A stretch of DNA of 64,000 bases from Tortispora ganteri (taxonomy: Eukaryota), in NCBI GenBank assembly GCA_003707115.1, contig PPNB01000023.1, positions 62,001 through 126,000 on the forward strand, given 5' to 3'. The notes under the pieces were generated by a model, which worked only from the letters and a program-made list of their open reading frames with translations, was not told the DNA's origin and searched no databases. Below are positions 10,727 through 21,225 of the stretch, in pieces; position 1 is the stretch's first letter, and each line of letters opens with the position of its first letter. Made by a program: the position numbers and the translations under genes.

Positions 10727-11818
10727 ATGTCTGATCAGGTTTTTGCAGCGTATCCAGACTATATGCCCCCGGGATTCATGTCCGAATGGACTCCTATGAA
10801 CCAGTCCGTCTACTATGTGCTTGCTGATGGCACTCTCTCCACATTCTCCTTCCTCGATGCTGACGCTTTTGTCCATCGCTTGCTCTACTACTCTGGCCTG
10901 TTTGCCTCACAAATCGGTGCTAGCATCCTTATGGCCATAGTAATACTCTTTAAAATTAGAAACAAATTTTCGCTTGTGTTCTTCCTTAACGAGTTAGCCC
11001 TCGTCTTGTTAATAATTCACTGCTCGCTCTGGCTTGCTTATCTGACCTCTAACTACCTCACTTTTGGTGTAGCTACTGCAGAATATTACTCAGCTATTAC
11101 AACGTCCGATAAGGCTACCTCAATTGCTAGCTCTGTCATGCAGTACCTTCTCGTGCTTACTGTGCTTCTTTCCCTTCTTTTCCAAACAAGGGTAGTGTTT
11201 GCTGGATCAAAAAAGCTACAAGTACAGGTAACAACTATCATGGGCGTTATGGCCGTAATAGTGATGGCATTCTGGACCTATACTCTAGTCAAAAACATTC
11301 AAAGTATACTTTCCTTATTGGACAGCGACGAGCATGCTTGGTACTGGCTTACCGCATCTTCTCTCTACGCTGCAGCTATTTTCTTGTTTTCTTTAATATT
11401 CTGTGCAAAGCTTTTCTTTGCTATCAGACAGCGTCGTCTCCTTGGACTCCGTCAATTCAGCGCCATGCACATTCTGTTCATAATGTCTTTGCAAACAATG
11501 ATTATACCTGCTATCTTGACTATTATCGATGTCGCTGTGCCCCTCACAAAGGCAGGATCGAGGTCACTGACGTCGCTCTTTGTGTGTCTTTCTCTCCCGC
11601 TGTCCGCACTCTGGGCATCTTCGCTCAACACCTCAGCTAACCCAGACTCTTGGGCAAGCACTAATTCCTTTTCTTCTACCGGATCAGGGTATACCGAAAA
11701 GAGCTATGGCACGAGTTCATTAGCCTCTAGACTCCACAACGACGTAGAAAACACCGGCTCGTTTTCTGGCGGCACTGAGACTGTGGTCAGAAACGAATAC
11801 CGCATTGAGCACTCTTAA
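10727..11818 (+). CDS. STE2: Alpha-factor pheromone receptor (7TM GPCR)
   Basis: QIGAS, VFFLN, KLFFAIRQRRLLGLRQFSAMHILFIMSLQTMIIP and LSLPLSALWA motifs; Ser/Thr-rich tail. Confidence 0.93.
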   Translation: MSDQVFAAYPDYMPPGFMSEWTPMNQSVYYVLADGTLSTFSFLDADAFVHRLLYYSGLFASQIGASILMAIVILFKIRNKFSLVFFLNELALVLLIIHCSLWLAYLTSNYLTFGVATAEYYSAITTSDKATSIASSVMQYLLVLTVLLSLLFQTRVVFAGSKKLQVQVTTIMGVMAVIVMAFWTYTLVKNIQSILSLLDSDEHAWYWLTASSLYAAAIFLFSLIFCAKLFFAIRQRRLLGLRQFSAMHILFIMSLQTMIIPAILTIIDVAVPLTKAGSRSLTSLFVCLSLPLSALWASSLNTSANPDSWASTNSFSSTGSGYTEKSYGTSSLASRLHNDVENTGSFSGGTETVVRNEYRIEHS

Positions 11819-11889
11819 GTCATACAGCACGTAGTTATTCAATATTTATAAGTAGAAAGGAAAAGTTCAGCTTAGATAAAGACAGATAT

Positions 11890-14232
11890 CTAGTGAATCA
11901 GTTCGTCAGGTCCTAGTACCTTCCAGCGCTGGCTGGTCCAGTCAGCGGTACGCTTAAAAACACTGTTACCCCACCAATTTAGAGTCACTCCAGTATATTG
12001 CACAGTAAAGAAAATAATGATAACGCCAAATGCCACGCCAGTGTCTAAGGCGGCGCTCAGGACATAATTGTACTGTCTCCACCACGGCTTAAAATGCCGC
12101 TTAATGTAGTAGTTGAATATAAAACCCACAAGTGCCCATGTCGTGTAGTTTACTCCTGTTCCAGGAGGCATACCGCTAGCTCCGCTGAATAATATAGGTG
12201 TACAAACATATTTCAACCACCGTATATTGTTAAATCGCCGACGCAGTAAGTAAAATATGACAGGAACAACTGCACCAATTGCAAAAAAGTATAGTAACGG
12301 ATGATACATTGATCCCGGTGAGAAAAGCGCTCTTGGGCCAACAACACCCCAGATTATAGACGCATTGAACATCGTACGTGTGGGCATGCAGTTAAAACCA
12401 TCTTTCTGGTCAGCGTCGCACAGATCGGCAATATTGGCTCGCATCCATGCAAATACAAATACGTTTGTAACAGCGGCCAACAATGATCCGTACAGCTGTG
12501 AAGCGAATAGAACTCGAGGAGGAATCTTCATGTACAACCCTAGTTTCATTTGCGCACAGAACTCCAAACCATGTCGCATAGGTATAAAGCCATAAAGTTT
12601 GACCATGAGATTAGCAATGGGTTTGCCAGGAAATAAATAGCCAGCTAAAAACTCCGTTATAACGTTAAGACCAACTTGTTGATTGGTTATTCCTTCGAGA
12701 ATTCCTTGTGGGATAAAGAAAATAGCAGGTATAAGCAGCGCAACTCCAAGCCCCCATATTGGTAGCTGCACGTCATAAAAAATAGTAAGAACAAAGGCCA
12801 TTGAGATTGTCGAAACAAGAGGGAAAATGAACCACCACCAAGGAACCTGACGGTACTTCAAGCAAAGCTTGTACTGTAGGTCAAAATCGTCTTCCAACCC
12901 ATGCTTCAGTTGGCTATATATTTTTGGGCCATGATATAGAATATAGTGCATTAAAACGGCAACCACTGCTGCAAACGACAAACCATAGTTGATGGTGTAA
13001 GAAAGCGGGAGATACATAGGGGAATAAGAGGCATATGCCGTTGCGTTCAATGTAAAATCACTGTTCAGTATTCTGCTGGCGTTGTATTCTAGTGCCCTGT
13101 TGTCAAATGTAGAGCTCGACAACATAGGAAGATATGAAGATCCCCACACATTCTTATAGTACAGTGCTGGACATAGTATGAAAAAGAATAGAACAACAGA
13201 GGCCAGAGTGTTGGCGATAACCCACCACGGGCATGCCAGCGGACTACGATTGATGGTGACAACCTGTTGCCAATCCAGAGTCAATGGTAGCATTCCTAAT
13301 CCAGATCTGTAACCAAAAAGCTGATTTACTACCACGTTACGCGGGAATATCCAGCAAACAACAGTGAGATATGAAAGTGCTTGGAATAAGAATCCTGGAA
13401 ACCAACTCCAAACAAACACACATATAGATACAGATATGTAGAAATTATAGCGAGAAATATGCCATGATGATCTAAAAAGACGGCGAGAAATAGAAGGGTC
13501 ATGATTTTCGAACAGAGTCTGAAACAATGCAACGGGGACGAGCATTTCAGGCCAAGCTAGCATACCGGGATATACTAACCAGCGCCTAGAAAGGCCAGCC
13601 ACACCAAACCCAATAGTCTGAGAAGATACAACAAGTAATAGCTGATAAATGATAGATGTCTGAAACTTGTAAAACATTGATTGAGTTACAACAACATTCA
13701 TGGCGTAAGCCGAGGAAGCAGTTACGGATACAGCAGCCGTAATCACTGCGTGTTCTTTAGTTGAGAATTTTCCTGGGTTCAACGAAAACAAGCGGTATCC
13801 AAACAACTTCACCAGTTTCGCAGGAAGAAATTCTGTGAGTCTACCGACGGGGTAGGCAAGAAGTTGGGCTACCACGTAATTGACGCATATTGATGGATAG
13901 CGAAGGGCAAAAAACTGATTCACGCCAGAGATGAAAACGACAAAAACAGTCAGTAAGACCCACATGCGAAAAGTATTGCAGAGTTTAGTAGGGTCGTCAG
14001 TATTGCACCCCAAGGCTGCAATAGCGGCAGCTATACCATGCGCTTCTTCCATCTCTTCTGTTGGTTGCGCTTCTACAGAGGATTCAATATCAGCGGCGGA
14101 GTTAGTTTTGAGCGAATCATCAGAACATCCAGCCAATTTTTCATCAGTCAACCCGGTAGAAGCAGGCAACGCGTCTATTTCCGACGCCTTTGGCCGAAAC
14201 GACACTGAGTGAGGTTCGCAGGCGAACGGCAT
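11890..14232 (-). CDS. OPT-family oligopeptide transporter (Opt/Isp4-like)
   Basis: NTDDP..NTFRMW, NPGKFSTKEH, GLNVITEF, KLGLYMKIPPR and YNYVLSAALDTG motifs. Confidence 0.93.
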   Translation of the reverse strand: MPFACEPHSVSFRPKASEIDALPASTGLTDEKLAGCSDDSLKTNSAADIESSVEAQPTEEMEEAHGIAAAIAALGCNTDDPTKLCNTFRMWVLLTVFVVFISGVNQFFALRYPSICVNYVVAQLLAYPVGRLTEFLPAKLVKLFGYRLFSLNPGKFSTKEHAVITAAVSVTASSAYAMNVVVTQSMFYKFQTSIIYQLLLVVSSQTIGFGVAGLSRRWLVYPGMLAWPEMLVPVALFQTLFENHDPSISRRLFRSSWHISRYNFYISVSICVFVWSWFPGFLFQALSYLTVVCWIFPRNVVVNQLFGYRSGLGMLPLTLDWQQVVTINRSPLACPWWVIANTLASVVLFFFILCPALYYKNVWGSSYLPMLSSSTFDNRALEYNASRILNSDFTLNATAYASYSPMYLPLSYTINYGLSFAAVVAVLMHYILYHGPKIYSQLKHGLEDDFDLQYKLCLKYRQVPWWWFIFPLVSTISMAFVLTIFYDVQLPIWGLGVALLIPAIFFIPQGILEGITNQQVGLNVITEFLAGYLFPGKPIANLMVKLYGFIPMRHGLEFCAQMKLGLYMKIPPRVLFASQLYGSLLAAVTNVFVFAWMRANIADLCDADQKDGFNCMPTRTMFNASIIWGVVGPRALFSPGSMYHPLLYFFAIGAVVPVIFYLLRRRFNNIRWLKYVCTPILFSGASGMPPGTGVNYTTWALVGFIFNYYIKRHFKPWWRQYNYVLSAALDTGVAFGVIIIFFTVQYTGVTLNWWGNSVFKRTADWTSQRWKVLGPDELIH

Positions 14233-14445
14233 GTAGGCGAACAGATGCGAATCTCAAGATAATGGAGGGGTTCCAGGGGCATATCGAAAGGGTTATAAAG
14301 GGAAGTAATAATGATGATAGCATAAAGGGCCCTCTCAAAATACTTGATCATACTTGATCTGAGTGCATTATACAATCAGTCACTATAATTTTTTAGCTGT
14401 AGCTGTATTTAGGGACCAATTAAAGCAAGCTAAGCATCAGAAAAC

Positions 14446-15078
14446 TCAGTCGTCCAATGGCAGCACCAGACGGCGCTCGACCTCTGTTTCTTTGCCTGCA
14501 TCATCTTCGCCTTCGAAAATAATTAAGCAGGTGTGTGGAGAGGGCATTGACGAGACTTCACCACGGTAGAATGTTGTAGTTTCCGGGTAGCGTGCCAGGA
14601 CGGGCGTACCTGGCTCGTATTTTGGCAAATCTGCACCTATTGGCGCAATTAAAATAACATCATTCGCTGTTGCTTTATACGTAGGCACCTTGTCAACTGT
14701 TTCCTCGGGTTCTGGGTCTTGCACCTCATAGCGGTACTTGGCTGTTTCGCTAAAAACACGCGTAATTACACATTGAATCCAGTCTTCCTGGCCTTTTCTG
14801 CGCAGTCTATAAGCGACTTCGCTACCCACCTGTATAGTAAGCGGTGCCGGCAATGAACCGCTTCGTATAGAGTCGTTATCCGTAGCTTCTGCTGCGTCCA
14901 CATCATGTAAAATTGAGTCAGTTATCGACAATGCCTTCTCGATATCTGGCACTAGGACCGCATAGTCTGCAAGTTTGTCAGAATCTACATCTCTTGCCTT
15001 AGTTACAAATGTTTCTAGTACATCATAAAGCTTCCCTATATTCGGTCCAGACCGTCCAGGACCTCTTCTGCGGCTCAT
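14446..15078 (-). CDS. SGF29: SAGA-associated tandem-Tudor protein Sgf29
   Basis: GSEVAYR, WIQC, YEVQDPEP, VLARYPETTTFYR, FEGED and EVERRLVL motifs. Confidence 0.92.
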   Translation of the reverse strand: MSRRRGPGRSGPNIGKLYDVLETFVTKARDVDSDKLADYAVLVPDIEKALSITDSILHDVDAAEATDNDSIRSGSLPAPLTIQVGSEVAYRLRRKGQEDWIQCVITRVFSETAKYRYEVQDPEPEETVDKVPTYKATANDVILIAPIGADLPKYEPGTPVLARYPETTTFYRGEVSSMPSPHTCLIIFEGEDDAGKETEVERRLVLPLDD

Positions 15079-15187
15079 TGGAGCGTCTTATTGTTTAGTT
15101 CTGGTTTGGTGGAAGACCGTCGGTTGCTAAGGGCCGAAAACCAACTACTGGAATTACTTCAGAGAATCGACAGCGACAGTGTAAACA

Positions 15188-15661
15188 ATGTCTGACAGAT
15201 CAGTCGAATCGCTTATTGAGCAATTTGTCGAGGAGCAGAGACAAATTCTCTGTGAACCTGTCAATTATAGTACTCTTGGTATTACACCAGTGGCAGCGCA
15301 GAAAGTGGATCAGATTGCAACGGTGATCCTAGATTCGCACTTCGATCCCGAGGTAGTCAAAGGCCTTGCGCGGCGAGTAGCCAGCCTTACCTTAAAGCCG
15401 CCTATAAATCTACGCGGAATGGAACTTCTACACTGTGCAGGAGTTTTACCGAAGCATGTGACGGATTCCGCTTACAATGAAAAGCTAGAGCAGCTGAAAC
15501 ATTACCACATACAGATCAAAGAACTACGTGCACAGCTTAAAGCGCTTGAACGAATCAATGGTATGGTTATGCGATTACGAAGAATGCAATTGACAAGTAC
15601 TGTGCCGTCTCAGAGACATATTACGCAATTAAAACTTGCCGCTGCGAAAAGGAAAAACTAG
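15188..15661 (+). CDS. Small coiled-coil protein, possibly kinetochore Fta4/Nkp1-like
   Basis: 157-aa ORF with an AAACAATG start context. The N-terminal FVEEQRQILCEP resembles the Fta4/Nkp1 N-terminus, and there is a C-terminal coiled coil. The family call is tentative. Confidence 0.5.
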   Translation: MSDRSVESLIEQFVEEQRQILCEPVNYSTLGITPVAAQKVDQIATVILDSHFDPEVVKGLARRVASLTLKPPINLRGMELLHCAGVLPKHVTDSAYNEKLEQLKHYHIQIKELRAQLKALERINGMVMRLRRMQLTSTVPSQRHITQLKLAAAKRKN

Positions 15662-15851
15662 CTACTGTCTCTAAATAATAAAAAGTATATATCTTATTGC
15701 TGGACTCACTCTACTCTATCCAGATGCATAATCGCAAGTATCTAACTTGAGATGTTCTTTTTCATTTTTATATTTTTTTTTTCAAAAAAAAAAAGCAAAA
15801 AATTAAAAATCGCGTCGTATGATCGATCACGAAATATGAAACCATCTCGAA

Positions 15852-17903
15852 TTAATGGTAAAGGCGCGTTCGGCGGCGAACCAACTGGCCATCAGATCTG
15901 CTAGTCAGTTGCGTACCATGCTGCTCGCAGAATGGATTGCCCCCTACTTCAATGTACTCGTTGTTTAGTGAATCACCACAAGTAGTGCACCTCATGCATT
16001 CAGGATGTACCAGCTGTCGTGTCGAATTCGTGCTGTCCGCAACAATCTCCAGGCACTTCCCTTCAATAGGTTTCGCACATCTGCTGCAAGCCGAGTTATT
16101 CAAAACATGGAAATCTCTCTTGCAGTACGGTAGATCATTAAACACATAGAACACGCCATTCTCAAACGGCGCCCGGCATTCCTGACACGCCATGCACGCT
16201 CGATGCCAACGTCCAGAGACAGCACCGTTACTCGCACTCACAGACTTACCTTTGATGACTTCACCGCATCCGCGACATATCTTTGGAGGCTTTCGCGATT
16301 TCTCTTTCGGCTTGCCTTCAGATAACATAGCGGGCGACGGCTCAGCAGATGAAGGTGTACAAGCAGCAGACAATATGCTGTCTGTTAAGTACTTCTCACC
16401 CAGAGCTAATGGTGTAGGTGCAACTAGTGGCCTTATCTTAGGTGGTGAAGGACTAGATTTATTTGGACGCACATATTCGATATTTGGTATATCGAAAGTA
16501 GGAATGGTAGGCTCTTCGTCCTTATTTGATGTAGATATCTTAGGAAGATATGCTCCCGATAATACTGAATTGCCGTTCAGTGGATTATCATTGTACTTTT
16601 TGCCATAGATTTCATTCTTGCTGCTTTCAATATACTCTTTGCCGTATACTGGCCGTCCAGAACCGCGCCTTGGTGTACTAGCAAAGGGAGAATGTGGCGA
16701 ATTAACATCTCCCGAAGCAACAGATATATTCTTGCTCGTATATCCAGAGTCGCGAGCTTCAAAAGAAGCAGGTGAGCTGTTCGTTTCCATTCTAGGCAGA
16801 GAAGGTTCAATTAACACTGTTTGCGGAATAATAGGGCTATTTCCAGCTGTTGATGAACGTATAGTAGGTTCAGCAGTCCAAGGCGAGATGCTGGGAAGCG
16901 AAGGCTCATCATCACTCATGCGATTACAGGTGAGAGGCATGATAGTAGGCAAGGGCGCATCTCTGTTGGCAGCCGACGAAACCAGTGGAGTAATTATAGG
17001 TAAAGAAGGTTCCCTGTTAGCGAGTGACATTTCGCGAGATATTGCTGGAGGTTTCTCCTCTTTATGTTGCTCGGGCTGAAATACGCCTGCATTAATTACG
17101 GGTAATGAAGGCTCTTCTGGTGGTTTGTTAGAGGATAGCGATGAGATACTAGGGAGTGATGGCTCATTTTTGCTGCTATCTGCAGATAGAGGAGAAATGG
17201 TAGGTAAGGATGGCTCTTCGTGTTTTATTTGCGGGACACGTGAAACTGTGCTATACGCTGCAGAAAAGTTATAAGCAGGCCGTTCCGGGATTATCTGAGG
17301 AATTGTAGGCTCTGAAACTGCCATTCCGACTTTCGGAGATGAGTCTCGGAAAGACTTAGCGGCAGTGTTATGCTCATACGGAAGATCGTGCGAGATAGCA
17401 GTAGCGATGCCTATTTGATTACGCGAAGGGGACCCTGATGGAGTGCCATAAGATCTGCAGGAGTCAGTTGAACTAGCCGAGCTAGCTGGCGGTGGAGGTA
17501 CTGAATCAGCTCGCGGGGTCTCGGATGAAGTGGGTACCAACGTATTGGCAGTAGAATGCGCCACTGGCAGCGACGCTGCGCGCCCTGGAAGCTGCAATGC
17601 TGGGAGTTCTGCAGTAGATTTTGGTGGTTGCAAGGGGTTAGTATCAGCGCGACGCGCACGCGCGACGGGAGGTGGTACTTCTTTGCACACGTCAAATCCA
17701 GCGAGTTCCATCACGTTAACCTTTCGGCCTCTGAACACGGGGAAGTTCGACATGGAATCGAGCTGAAGTGCAGGAGCAGGGATGTCTTTTGATACCGATG
17801 GACTGGGTTTATGAGACCTCTGCGGTCGCTGTATTGACTGCTTATGGCCGTATGTAGAATCAAAGTTTCTCATAGGAGTGGTATATTTTTGTACAGACAT
17901 CAT
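15852..17903 (-). CDS. PXL1: Paxillin-like LIM-domain protein
   Basis: Long Pro/Ser-rich N-terminus and two C-terminal LIM domains (CRGC..GRWHRACMACQEC..PYCKRDFH; CSRC..HPECMRCTTC..PFCEQH), ending RRRTRL. Confidence 0.8.
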   Translation of the reverse strand: MMSVQKYTTPMRNFDSTYGHKQSIQRPQRSHKPSPSVSKDIPAPALQLDSMSNFPVFRGRKVNVMELAGFDVCKEVPPPVARARRADTNPLQPPKSTAELPALQLPGRAASLPVAHSTANTLVPTSSETPRADSVPPPPASSASSTDSCRSYGTPSGSPSRNQIGIATAISHDLPYEHNTAAKSFRDSSPKVGMAVSEPTIPQIIPERPAYNFSAAYSTVSRVPQIKHEEPSLPTISPLSADSSKNEPSLPSISSLSSNKPPEEPSLPVINAGVFQPEQHKEEKPPAISREMSLANREPSLPIITPLVSSAANRDAPLPTIMPLTCNRMSDDEPSLPSISPWTAEPTIRSSTAGNSPIIPQTVLIEPSLPRMETNSSPASFEARDSGYTSKNISVASGDVNSPHSPFASTPRRGSGRPVYGKEYIESSKNEIYGKKYNDNPLNGNSVLSGAYLPKISTSNKDEEPTIPTFDIPNIEYVRPNKSSPSPPKIRPLVAPTPLALGEKYLTDSILSAACTPSSAEPSPAMLSEGKPKEKSRKPPKICRGCGEVIKGKSVSASNGAVSGRWHRACMACQECRAPFENGVFYVFNDLPYCKRDFHVLNNSACSRCAKPIEGKCLEIVADSTNSTRQLVHPECMRCTTCGDSLNNEYIEVGGNPFCEQHGTQLTSRSDGQLVRRRTRLYH

Positions 17904-19049
17904 AAATGCATCTATTCCTGTTTATAGGAGGCTGGTGTGGATCGATAAAAAGTGACAAGAGGCGGGTCTGCAACTGGAGTCAGGACAAATTCGCGAGCTC
18001 GAAAGAAGGTATATAGTTGGGAAAGTAGCGCAAATGTCAAGCAGCCCGGAAACCAATAAGAAGGACAAAGCCGAGATTTCGCCGGTAGGAATAAAAAAAT
18101 GGAAGTGAGTTGTAAACGGTAGATGTGGCTTGTGAACGCGTCTATTTCTTTTCTTTCGCCCTTCCTAAGGCGAACTCAAAGATGGTCGCCAATTTAACCT
18201 TATTTATTAGTATGCACCCTATTATTGGACCGGCAAATTATAGGGTTTGTATATTCTGCTCGCATAGGCAATTTGTGCCTTTTTTACTGCAAAAGTTGCT
18301 TCATATGTAATTGTAACAGGAAAAACCCAGAGTTTTAGATCAAATAGTCGTGCACGTCAAACTTGCGTATATTTTCGATTTCTGCAGTGCTCTGTAAGAG
18401 CTATAGTGTCGCGTTAAGATATAGTGATTGGGGCCCGAAAGGCAAGTGGGGGCTAAAAGTACCACCCTAATTGGAACCGGCAAACTAGCGTTTAAGACCA
18501 CACGCAATTCTATTGCATTGTGAACTAGTAACCGATCGCGAGACATTTTATAGTGTACAGTGTTGTTCCTGCATCTAATGTCAACCATTTTCCAACTCAA
18601 TTTTACCGATTTGCTTATTTTCTGTCTCCCTCCCCAATATCCAGTAGCAGACCAGTATTCTGTCACCATAGACGAAGCAGAGTTTCCTGCTGTTGTCATG
18701 ACAGATAGGCAATAGCCAATCAGAGCGTACAATCTTGGCAATGTCCACGACTTCCTTAGTAACCCAACATTTGGTGGGTACATATAAAGGTACTCCCCCA
18801 CTACAGTAACCCCCGTACTTTTGACTCCCTTATCATACAAACACGCGTTTCTGACAGATACAGTCGATTTAATTCATCGGCTGTCACATATAGTTACGTT
18901 TTCCAACCTTTTAGCTTCTGCACACCACCCTCACCGACCTTCCGGATCTAAGAGCTGCGGCGTCGGAGGTATACGAGTACATTCTTAAATAGTTACTTGT
19001 ATCTCTCTATCCAATTAAGCCAACACTTACAATTTCGCTTCATTGAAAA

Positions 19050-20672
19050 ATGGCTCCTCATTCTTTTGAGCAATCCACCAATTTGGTGGGGGTTGGTCCC
19101 TCTTCTAGCGCTACTCCTGGCAGATCAGGATACACTACTGTTCAGGTATTTTCCGACAAGGTTCAAGTCGCTGATGACCAGTCTTACTTGTTGTCTAAAT
19201 ACACCTACGAGAATGCTTTGGTAGAAACTACCGCTGAAGGTAAATACAAGGTTAACCCTGTAAAGGAAGAGTACGAGTTTAAACTTGACCTTAAAGTTCC
19301 TAAGGTCGGTGTAATGCTCGTAGGTTGGGGCGGAAACAATGGTTCGACATTGACCGCTACCACCATTGCTAACAAGAATGGAATCTCTTTCCACACCAAG
19401 AAAGGAAAAGTGGAACCTAACTACTACGGCTCCGTTACCCAAGCTTCTACTTTGAAACTTGGCATCAATGCCAAAGGTGAAGACATTTATTGCCCTTTTA
19501 ACGAGATTGTCCCTATGCTCCACCCTAACGATTTCGTTATTGGAGGTTGGGATATCTCTTCTGTTAACCTTGCTGATGCAATGGCTCGCTCTGAAGTTTT
19601 GGACTATGACCTTCAACGTCAAGTTGCTAAATATATGTCTGGCTTGAAGCCATTGCCCTCGGTTTACTACCCTGATTTCATTGCTGCTAACCAAGAGGCG
19701 CGTGCTGATAACGTGATTCCTGGTTCTGACAAATGGGCTCATGTTGAGCAGCTGCGCAAAGATATACGCGAATTCAAGGCCAATAATGACCTTGATCGTG
19801 TGATCGTCTGCTGGACTGCCAACACCGAACGTTATGCCGAGATTATTCCCGGTGTAAACGACACTGCTGACAACTTGCTTAAAGCTATTCGCGAATCTCA
19901 CTCAGAGGTTGCTCCCTCTACTATCTTTGCTGTCGCATGTATCCTTGAAGGTGTTCCCTTCATCAATGGTTCTCCTCAGAACACTTTTGTCCCTGGCTGC
20001 ATCGAACTTGCCGAGAAGTATAAAGCTCTTATCGGCGGAGATGATTTCAAGTCGGGACAGACCAAACTCAAGTCTGTACTTGCTCAATATCTTGTCGATG
20101 CTGGTATCCGCCCAGTATCTGTTGCGTCCTATAATCATTTGGGAAACAATGATGGTTACAACTTGTCTGCACCTAAGCAGTTCCGCTCCAAAGAGATCTC
20201 CAAGGCTTCCGTCATTGATGATATCATCAAATCGAACCAAATTCTCTACAATGAGAAGAAGGGCGATAAGGTCGATCACTGTATCGTTATTAAGTACATG
20301 AAAGCCGTTGGTGATGACAAGATTGCTATGGACGAGTACCATTCTGAACTCATGATGGGCGGTCACAACACTATCTCCATTCATAATGTCTGTGAGGATT
20401 CACTTCTGGCCTCTCCTCTCATTATTGACTTGGTTGTTGTTGCTGAATTCTGTTCTCGTATTACTTACCGTAAAGCTGGAGAAGAGGAATTTAAGCCATT
20501 CCATTCGGTTCTTTCATTTTTGTCTTATTGGCTTAAAGCCCCTCTTACTCGCCCTGGTGCTGAACCTGTTAATGGTCTTAATAAGCAGCGTGCTGCAGTT
20601 GAAAACTTGATTCGCGCACTTGTTGGCCTTTCTCCTCATTCAGAGTTGAAACTTGAGGAGCGTTGTTGGTAA
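19050..20672 (+). CDS. INO1: Inositol-3-phosphate synthase
   Basis: [36 protein letters not shown] and CEDSLLA motifs. Confidence 0.98.
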   Translation: MAPHSFEQSTNLVGVGPSSSATPGRSGYTTVQVFSDKVQVADDQSYLLSKYTYENALVETTAEGKYKVNPVKEEYEFKLDLKVPKVGVMLVGWGGNNGSTLTATTIANKNGISFHTKKGKVEPNYYGSVTQASTLKLGINAKGEDIYCPFNEIVPMLHPNDFVIGGWDISSVNLADAMARSEVLDYDLQRQVAKYMSGLKPLPSVYYPDFIAANQEARADNVIPGSDKWAHVEQLRKDIREFKANNDLDRVIVCWTANTERYAEIIPGVNDTADNLLKAIRESHSEVAPSTIFAVACILEGVPFINGSPQNTFVPGCIELAEKYKALIGGDDFKSGQTKLKSVLAQYLVDAGIRPVSVASYNHLGNNDGYNLSAPKQFRSKEISKASVIDDIIKSNQILYNEKKGDKVDHCIVIKYMKAVGDDKIAMDEYHSELMMGGHNTISIHNVCEDSLLASPLIIDLVVVAEFCSRITYRKAGEEEFKPFHSVLSFLSYWLKAPLTRPGAEPVNGLNKQRAAVENLIRALVGLSPHSELKLEERCW

Positions 20673-21225
20673 GCGAACGTGAACTTTTTTGACAACATTA
20701 GTTGTCTTGCAGAGCGTTGACAGTACACGAAGTCATCGCCTGATTGTAGTCATTCCACGTACATGCAGATTAGGAATGCAATTATAGCCATTAACGTGTT
20801 TTGTAGGCCTGCTCTAGTAGTTTTTGTGATTATTTGTTCGCTTCTTAAACCCCTTGCACTACTAGCCACTCCCAAAACAATGATAAAGACCAATTACAAT
20901 AGCGAAACTAATAATAAAGTTTTGAACCTTAATTCCCATCTAAACAACAACTTGTGTTTACAAACATACAACCTATCTCTTTCATCATCTTTTGCATAAA
21001 GTCAACAAGCATTTGCTTTGCTGTCAAAAAATAACTTTGGAAGTTATATAGGTATATATAGAGTGTGATTTTAGTTTGTGGTAAAGGCTACGATTACATT
21101 AGTATTTTTTTTGGTTTCTGAACACTCCGATCGCCAACCAACATTCCTTCCTAAAACGCCATTATCCAGTTATATCCCTCTTCATCCCTTGAACTTCTCA
21201 CAGACTTGCAACAATAATACTAAAA

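Noticed and set aside
18340..18840. 166-aa ORF ending CTTI (CAAX-like)
   Set aside because: Non-ATG start, lies across the PXL1/INO1 divergent promoter, far too long for an a-factor, and shows no protein-like features.
19125..20384. Long antisense ORFs (258 and 160 aa) over INO1, and similar ones over other genes
   Set aside because: Expected shadows of codon bias on the opposite strand; no recognisable motifs.
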